From IMG/VR virus record IMGVR_UViG_3300036766_000359, positions 1 through 64,000 of that record: a DNA stretch of 64,000 nt. One strand, written 5' to 3'. This document shows positions 57,758-64,000 of this stretch, one piece after another. The notes beneath the pieces were generated by a model. That model was not told the DNA's origin, made no database searches, and worked only from the letters and a program-made list of their open reading frames with translations. Both the position numbers and the translations under genes were made by a program. Positions within the stretch are counted from its first letter, which is position 1. Each line of letters opens with the position of its first letter. This stretch comes from a virus.

Positions 57758-58600
57758 CTAAACCGCGATGGACTTAGCACGTTTTTCTTTAAATTTTTTG
57801 GTGTAAAAACGACGGCATCGACGACACTCATAATAAACAATACCATTACGAGTCAAAGAAAAACATTCTTCTAAAGAAACCTGTCCATGCTTTTTACATA
57901 ATTTGTGAGTTTGTGTTTGGGTTGGTCTAGGCATTGCGTGCCTCATTCTTATTCCAGTCATACGTTCATCAGCTTTCTGCCTCTGAATAATGGACATTCT
58001 AATCTTCGATTCTTCAGTATGTCTTCGACCTGTTAACTTCTGTGAAATCTTTTTACGTGTTTCTAAACTAACAGTCTTGTATTTAAGTGCTTCAGAAATT
58101 TTTCTGCATGTCTCTTCGGACATTACATGACCTCTCAACGCAGAAGATAACTTCGAGCGGACATCCGAAGACTTCTTATGTCCAAGCATACGACATGATA
58201 TTGCAGAACGAACTTCTGCACTTAAAACTCGGCCTGTATTAATTAAAGACATCTTTGATCTAAAATCTTGACTGGAAAAAATGGCTGAATTAATACGTGA
58301 ACCTCCACCTTTCATAATGTTGAATCCTATTTTTGGATCTCGTGTTCCTTCTTGTTCAATTATTGCAAATTCGGTGGCGTTAGCTCCTTCAAGATCCCAG
58401 CTCATTGCAAGAACTTGATGTTCAAACGCATCTTTCCCATATAGACGGATCGCGTTTGCAAAATGAGATCTACTGTCCTTAACATGCTTGGACTGTGAGC
58501 AATGTTGGTTCCAACGATGCATCATCGTATACTGAGTCAAGCCAATATAACGACGTCCGGTATCAATATGGGTATGACAGTAAATGGTCCAGTATTTCAT
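57758..58600 (-). CDS. Free-standing GIY-YIG homing endonuclease (copy 4) with NUMOD3-like repeats, directly upstream of terL
   Basis: WTIYCH..GRRYIGLT..SWDLEGANATE; repeated GH..S.E.R.KIS. Confidence 0.85.
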   Translation of the reverse strand: MKYWTIYCHTHIDTGRRYIGLTQYTMMHRWNQHCSQSKHVKDSRSHFANAIRLYGKDAFEHQVLAMSWDLEGANATEFAIIEQEGTRDPKIGFNIMKGGGSRINSAIFSSQDFRSKMSLINTGRVLSAEVRSAISCRMLGHKKSSDVRSKLSSALRGHVMSEETCRKISEALKYKTVSLETRKKISQKLTGRRHTEESKIRMSIIQRQKADERMTGIRMRHAMPRPTQTQTHKLCKKHGQVSLEECFSLTRNGIVYYECRRCRRFYTKKFKEKRAKSIAV

Positions 58601-58605
58601 ATCAG

Positions 58606-58621
58606 ACCCAATCCATTAAAG
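58606..58621 (-). promoter_or_regulatory. Conserved motif CTTTAATGGATTGGGT just upstream of GIY-YIG copy 4
   Basis: Third copy; a shorter CTTTCATGGA (4318-4327, minus) precedes GIY-YIG copy 1. Confidence 0.5.
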
Positions 58622-59194
58622 TTCTAGCCTCTTCTCCCAGTCCTCCATGTCAGCTTCCATTTGTTTAAAAACAACATCAATAGTAGACTCTGGAAGGTCT
58701 GATTTTGACATCGAACTGTAAACAAATTCCATCCACACATGGAGAATTTGTTTAAATTTTGGACTTTTCAAATCAAATCTATCAGACCTAAAGTTTTCTT
58801 GTCGTTTATTAAGTATGTCGGCAAGTTGACGAAGAGAGGCTATTCTGGATATTGTATAGTTAGCAGTGTTTTTTCCCTCTTCAGTAGCTTTTCGTCGTTC
58901 ATACTTTAAATGGGATAATTCTTCAGTTATCTCTTCTAAGACAACATCGATTACATCCGATATTGAAGCTTTTTCGGCAACAACACGAACAAGCTTCTGG
59001 GAAGACACGAAATTTTCCCGTTTACGGATTTCCCGTTCAATGGATTTCGGGTCTATGAGTTCTGGTATTGATACATCAGAACCTTGACCAACTATATAGT
59101 CAGCACCGACTTCCCCGGCGTCAACCTTTTTACCGCCAGGAAATGTAATTACCTGACCGTTCTTTCCCTTATCCTCGTCTTTATCGTCACTCAT
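58616..59194 (-). CDS. Helical protein, candidate terminase small subunit
   Basis: 192 aa helical/coiled-coil, upstream of terL; positional inference only. Confidence 0.4.
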   Translation of the reverse strand: MSDDKDEDKGKNGQVITFPGGKKVDAGEVGADYIVGQGSDVSIPELIDPKSIEREIRKRENFVSSQKLVRVVAEKASISDVIDVVLEEITEELSHLKYERRKATEEGKNTANYTISRIASLRQLADILNKRQENFRSDRFDLKSPKFKQILHVWMEFVYSSMSKSDLPESTIDVVFKQMEADMEDWEKRLEL

Positions 59195-59264
59195 TTACTG
59201 ACAATACGCGCTGTCAGGAAAAGTTGTGCTTAACTAGACAGACCTGCGGTCAGACAGATTTAGC

Positions 59265-61226
59265 CTAACAAACTCCACCAGGGATAAAGAAATCAGGTCC
59301 CTTTGACCTTACTCCCCCAAAGTCAACGGATAACTCACTTGAGAGCTCATACTTCTCAACGGGGTTCTCAACAGCAATACGTGGCTGGATTACAGGCAGT
59401 TTCCGGGAAGCAGCGACGTGCTCCCGAACTTGCGCAGGAACCTGCCTGATAATGCCTTTTGCGTACTTGGAACACCATCCCGGTGCCGTCTGAAGGGTGC
59501 ACCCGGTACATTGACCAGCTGCGAGAACGTACGGGGCTCCTTGCTTACGGAAGTGCTTCGCTCCGCTTGTACAACCCTTACCATAGTCATGGTATGCAGT
59601 AGGGTCAATGAAATAGGTACCCTGGATACCATCATCTAAAGAGGCCCGACGACCAATCTCAGGAACCTGGCGAAGGTCATCCGTCGAATAACGGTTGAGG
59701 AGTGACTCTTGAAGAGAGCGGCCGGAAAGACCGGTATTCATCATATGAGATAACGTCTTGCGAACTTCTTCTGGATCCATATCAGAAGCGACGTTCACAT
59801 CACTACGACCAGGATCCCCGTAATGAGCAGAGGAGCGCGAACCACCGTATTCAGTCGGTTTGGTAGAAACTGGAGACTCGTAAAGGTTAGCTTGAGAAAC
59901 AAGCTTCACCCAAGAAGAATTCTCAGAAACACCAGCAAGGGCCAAAGATGCCTGGTCAGAAGCAACCCGACCTTGAGCGACAGCCCTTCCGATAGCTAGT
60001 TCAAAAGCTTCTCGCCCGACATCTGACTTCGAAGCCATGATACTACAACAAGACCTGATTGCAGCACAAGCACCGTCAGAGGCACCGTTGCAAATGGAAC
60101 AAGATGCAGAACGACGAACAGCGTAATCGGGAGAAAACCCACGTTTATTTATCAAGGACAAAGTATTGCGACATCCACCAAGAGCGTCAATGTCGAAATA
60201 CGTATGACCAAGAATGCCATATTCGCTTGCAAGCGCACGAAGACTCGGGTCCGTTGATGCCACCAAAGCATTACGGTCATCAGCACCTTGCATCATTCGA
60301 CGAGCGTACTTAACCCAAGACGAGGAAGGAGCACTATCACGTTTCGGGGCCTGAACAGAATTCGCAGCGATGAAACTAGACACATCATCACTGGTAATGC
60401 GCTGTTTCGTGGCAGCAGGCTGATAATGAGAAGTCTGAGTCTCACTATCTCGAAGAGCTATCGGAGACTTCAAGAAAGCAGACCGAAGACGATCTTTCCA
60501 CTCACGACCAGAAATTGTGCTACCGTCTACAGATAAAGGTCGTTTTTCTGCAGCCAACCGAGGGGCATAATGGGAGGCAACACTCGCACTCCATGGAACT
60601 TCACTAACAACCTTTTTACCACCGAAGGTTGAGCATGTTCCGGTGTTATGACAGTTACATCCATTTCTACCGCCACACCCTCCGATAACGAAGATTGCAT
60701 TTTTCCCGAAAGTCGTAGCGTATTTACGTTCTTTCGGGTCGCGGTGAGCATTCGGGAAATGACTAGCGTCAATATAAACGTTTCCAAGGACGCCGCGCTC
60801 GAGCATGACTTCACGGATGGCATCCGAAGCAAATCTAATATCCGCTGGAGCGAATTCAAGACGGACTCGTTTTTCGATGTCTGAAGAAGAAAGACCAGCC
60901 ATTACGAGTTTGGCAACACGATTTCGAATCGGAACAGTTTGGTCCGCGTCAGATATCTTCGGCGTAATCGGGTTCTGGTTTACGATCGTGTGCGGTCGCA
61001 ACGGGATGACATGGGGTACCCCGTCATCCTTTGGGTCAACAACAAGAGCTTTTTGGAGCTCGGGAATTATGTCCAGATTCTGACGTGGCAACGCTTCAAG
61101 AGATCTATACTCTTCTTCATCAACTGACAGCCAAGAAAGATCAGAAATCCCCTGATTGTGAATCAGTGTCGAAATGTCACCAAGACCACGCTCGGTATAA
61201 GTATCTTTTTTATCTGCCATCACCAA
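59265..61226 (-). CDS. Hypothetical protein with three internal Cys-rich repeats
   Basis: Three G[IV]xGxx[YF][IF]D...CxxC...GxC modules. Confidence 0.75.
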   Translation of the reverse strand: MVMADKKDTYTERGLGDISTLIHNQGISDLSWLSVDEEEYRSLEALPRQNLDIIPELQKALVVDPKDDGVPHVIPLRPHTIVNQNPITPKISDADQTVPIRNRVAKLVMAGLSSSDIEKRVRLEFAPADIRFASDAIREVMLERGVLGNVYIDASHFPNAHRDPKERKYATTFGKNAIFVIGGCGGRNGCNCHNTGTCSTFGGKKVVSEVPWSASVASHYAPRLAAEKRPLSVDGSTISGREWKDRLRSAFLKSPIALRDSETQTSHYQPAATKQRITSDDVSSFIAANSVQAPKRDSAPSSSWVKYARRMMQGADDRNALVASTDPSLRALASEYGILGHTYFDIDALGGCRNTLSLINKRGFSPDYAVRRSASCSICNGASDGACAAIRSCCSIMASKSDVGREAFELAIGRAVAQGRVASDQASLALAGVSENSSWVKLVSQANLYESPVSTKPTEYGGSRSSAHYGDPGRSDVNVASDMDPEEVRKTLSHMMNTGLSGRSLQESLLNRYSTDDLRQVPEIGRRASLDDGIQGTYFIDPTAYHDYGKGCTSGAKHFRKQGAPYVLAAGQCTGCTLQTAPGWCSKYAKGIIRQVPAQVREHVAASRKLPVIQPRIAVENPVEKYELSSELSVDFGGVRSKGPDFFIPGGVC

Positions 61227-61632
61227 CCTCTAACATTTTCAAATCCGCAATTACGCTCGAAAGGCTCGCAACGCAGTGTTTAAGTTTAGAAGATGTTTCG
61301 GGGATGGTAGCACTCGTCTCCAATTTGATAAGCTCACCAAGAATTGAAGATATGGATACCATACCATCCGAGGCCGTCTTAGCAATGGGAAATTCGTCAA
61401 GAACATCTTTCACGAATACCGAGTGGCGAAGTTTTAGGCACCGGATAATATCCGATGCTAAAAATTGTGGTTGATTAAGATTTGACAAGAACGCCATAAC
61501 ATGTCGTCGAGTTAATTCCTTCTTCCCAAACTTCTTCATGAAGTCTTGGGTTAAATCTGATACTAATAGTATATTAGTTGCTCGACGTTTTTCCATATGA
61601 TCAGTCTCCATCACAAAGTTATTAACTAACAA
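61210..61632 (-). CDS. Hypothetical protein
   Basis: 140 aa; overlaps both neighbours by a few codons. Confidence 0.65.
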   Translation of the reverse strand: MLVNNFVMETDHMEKRRATNILLVSDLTQDFMKKFGKKELTRRHVMAFLSNLNQPQFLASDIIRCLKLRHSVFVKDVLDEFPIAKTASDGMVSISSILGELIKLETSATIPETSSKLKHCVASLSSVIADLKMLEVGDGR

Positions 61633-64000
61633 GATGAATATTACTCAATAAATCGAGCGCGGATGAAATCCGGTCAGAAAATGTGGTAGCTAGATTCAAA
61701 CGTTTTTTTGCTGCTTCACGAGCATACCAAAAACTATCATTAACTAGTTTAGTCAAGACCTCTTGAGACGTACTCGGATTCCCGGCCACATTAGTGCGAA
61801 CTATGTCATTTTCATCTTCGGATAATTTAGTCAAGATCTTTTGAGACGTATTTGGATTCTTGGCTAAACTCTGACGAACAGCATAACTCTCGTCATTAGC
61901 TAGTTTATTCAAAATTTCTACAGGCGTATTCGGATTCCCGGCCACACCCTCACGAACACGATTACTTTCATCGTCAGATAACTTAATCAACACCTCTGGT
62001 GGTGCATGCTTTACATAAGCTATACTCGAACGAATATCATTATCCCAATGATTATTACCATTATTATTATTAGCTAACTCAATCAACACTTCTGGAGGCG
62101 TATTCGGATTTTCAATTACAAGAACACGTTGACCCGTTTCATAACTAGCTAGTTCACTTAATATTTCTGGTGATGTCTTTGGACTCTTGGCTAAGTATTT
62201 AAAAATTTTGCCATCTTTCTTAGCCATTTTTTTCAAGATATCTTGAGACATATTCGGATTACTGATCGCACCATCACGAACCTCCCAACGTTCATCATTA
62301 ACTAACTTAGCCAAGGTTTCTGGGGGCGTTCTATGATTATAAGAAATACCCTGACGAACAGTATAGAATTTGTCATCATGTAGTTTAGTCAAGATTTTTA
62401 GATTAACATTTGGATTCCTGACTACGTACGAACGAACCTCCCAGTGTTCATCATCAGATAGTTTATCTAGTGTCTCTGATGACGTCATCGGATTATTGGC
62501 TACACCTGAACGAACAATGTAATCCCGATCGTTAGCTAATTTATCCAAAGTATCCGCAGGTAATTTTGAATTCTTTGATAAGGAAAAACGAATCCTTGAA
62601 TCCTCATCGTTAGCTAGTTTAACAAGTGCTTCTGGAGGCGCACTAGAATTATTAGACACATAACTACGGACGCCATAATTTGCATCATCAGATAACTTAG
62701 TCAACACCTCTGGAGGTGTATTACGATTCTTAGCAATCTCAAAACGAATTGAAATATTTTCATCGTCAGATAATATTACTAAAACTTCCACTGGAACGTT
62801 ACGATTCTTTAACAAAAACAAACGAACTACATAATCAACGTCATTAGATAACTTAATCAACACCTCTGGAGGTGTGTTAGGATTCTTGGCTATGTTCTGA
62901 CGAACAGGGTTATTTTCGTCATTAGATAACTTAGTCAACACTTCTGGAGGTGCATTCTCATTACCGGATATTTCCTTACGAACACGTATATTCGAGTTAT
63001 TAGATAACCCATCAAAGAATTCAGGAGGAGCATAACTTATACCTCTTCCTGACTGTAAACCATTTTTCTCAATCCACTTCCATACATACAAACGATATTT
63101 TTTCGATGGTTCTGAGTTCTTCTTTCCTTTTACTTGTTCAATTTCGCCATCATCGGTAAGTTCGATTGTTATATGTGGTTTGTTATCGGAGTCACGAAGG
63201 CTGAATATCTTGGTGCCATTTTCAACTTGATCTTTGTATGAACCAACGCAATGACCCATTAAAGTACCTTCAGCGTCTAGGTCCTCTACGGGAACGAGAA
63301 CCATCGTGTATCCATCACCAAAGTCATAGTCTACATCATTTGTTTTGTAAGAAACACTTTCATCCGATTCAACAAAACTTTCATGCCATTCGTCTGATAA
63401 CTCTTTAGCTTCTTCAAAATCGAGTTTTTCAAGATCTGGTTCTTGATCTCTAATCCAATCAGATATGTTGGTTAACTCTTCCGATTCTGGAGGTTCTAAA
63501 CCATTCTCGATTTTGGTCGCTAACCACTTAGCAGTGTTTTTTTCTTTAATCTTATAATCTTCAATGATTTGAATAGTTTCAGCACTAAATAGTGGCCCAG
63601 ATTTTGCCAATTCTTGCAAACGTTCATAGTATGAACGAGCATCTTCTGATTTGTCTCGTTTATTTGTCTTCTGAAGTTTTTTTAAATTTAGATCAACCAA
63701 ATAATCTAAACTATTAGCAAGATGAATGTTATCAAGTATATCGAGCACGGACGAAATTCGATCAGAAAATGCCAAATAATCCGTTGATACGACAATACTA
63801 CCACCATCTTGAAGGTCACTTCTATCATAGTCAACATTCTCAAGAAAATCTTCGGATGGGTGACCACTCGGTCCAGATATGTCCTCTGTTTCATGACCAG
63901 ACCAGAAATTGCCGAGAGAATTCAAGAAGTTATCCATCGTGACTTCGTTCTTCGTGACTCCGGGAAGGCTGTCCGACTCTTCAGAAGAATATGAACCGGA
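61622..64000 (-). CDS. PcfJ-like domain + long LRV/HEAT-like repeat array; 5'-truncated by the window edge
   Basis: EGTLMGHCVGSY..IFSLRD..KPHITIE (PcfJ-like); many 26-aa NPNTPPEVL.KL..D repeats. The frame is open for all 21 codons upstream of ATG 63937 to position 64000, so the true start is probably outside the window. Confidence 0.85.
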   Translation of the reverse strand, partial: SGSYSSEESDSLPGVTKNEVTMDNFLNSLGNFWSGHETEDISGPSGHPSEDFLENVDYDRSDLQDGGSIVVSTDYLAFSDRISSVLDILDNIHLANSLDYLVDLNLKKLQKTNKRDKSEDARSYYERLQELAKSGPLFSAETIQIIEDYKIKEKNTAKWLATKIENGLEPPESEELTNISDWIRDQEPDLEKLDFEEAKELSDEWHESFVESDESVSYKTNDVDYDFGDGYTMVLVPVEDLDAEGTLMGHCVGSYKDQVENGTKIFSLRDSDNKPHITIELTDDGEIEQVKGKKNSEPSKKYRLYVWKWIEKNGLQSGRGISYAPPEFFDGLSNNSNIRVRKEISGNENAPPEVLTKLSNDENNPVRQNIAKNPNTPPEVLIKLSNDVDYVVRLFLLKNRNVPVEVLVILSDDENISIRFEIAKNRNTPPEVLTKLSDDANYGVRSYVSNNSSAPPEALVKLANDEDSRIRFSLSKNSKLPADTLDKLANDRDYIVRSGVANNPMTSSETLDKLSDDEHWEVRSYVVRNPNVNLKILTKLHDDKFYTVRQGISYNHRTPPETLAKLVNDERWEVRDGAISNPNMSQDILKKMAKKDGKIFKYLAKSPKTSPEILSELASYETGQRVLVIENPNTPPEVLIELANNNNGNNHWDNDIRSSIAYVKHAPPEVLIKLSDDESNRVREGVAGNPNTPVEILNKLANDESYAVRQSLAKNPNTSQKILTKLSEDENDIVRTNVAGNPSTSQEVLTKLVNDSFWYAREAAKKRLNLATTFSDRISSALDLLSNIHLVS

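Noticed and set aside
46496-63937. Diversity-generating retroelement behind the variable LRV repeats
   Set aside because: No reverse transcriptase in the window and no TR/VR pair differing only at adenines.
1-64000. Recoded stop codons (alternative genetic code)
   Set aside because: TerL, MCP, Nth and the glycosyltransferases are full length in code 11, and genes end in TAA, TAG and TGA.
1-64000. Eukaryotic giant-virus (NCLDV) origin suggested by collagen, GTs, actin and inteins
   Set aside because: Terminase-portal-protease-HK97 capsid module, Shine-Dalgarno sequences and overlapping operonic genes indicate a tailed prokaryotic virus.

Overview
This window is 64 kb of a large dsDNA tailed bacteriophage (Caudoviricetes, HK97-fold) in the standard genetic code, and nearly all of it is transcribed on the minus strand. 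The right half is a head-morphogenesis module: candidate small terminase, large terminase, portal with two inteins, several acidic internal-head proteins, prohead protease with one intein, scaffold, decoration protein and major capsid protein. The left half encodes neck/adaptor proteins, Ig-like and fibre proteins including an 848-aa GXT collagen, a glycosyltransferase/methyltransferase cassette, a patatin phospholipase and an MreB/MamK-like actin next to a 19-proline protein. Selfish nucleases are abundant: four paralogous GIY-YIG genes, two double-HNH genes, a PD-(D/E)XK nuclease, a split LAGLIDADG, an HNH fused to a DNA methyltransferase, and three intein LAGLIDADGs. Accessory enzymes are endonuclease III, a 2H phosphoesterase, a CX5R phosphatase and an OB-less ligase. 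The most novel-looking signals are (1) a ~35-aa peptide module and an R-[VIT]-A motif shared by otherwise unrelated head-region proteins, with cargo cassettes flanked by in-frame direct repeats; (2) an actin paired with a polyproline protein; (3) an apparent BclA-like glycosylated collagen fibre system. I found no tRNA, rRNA, CRISPR array or reverse transcriptase by eye. All family assignments come from motif recognition; no database searches were run.
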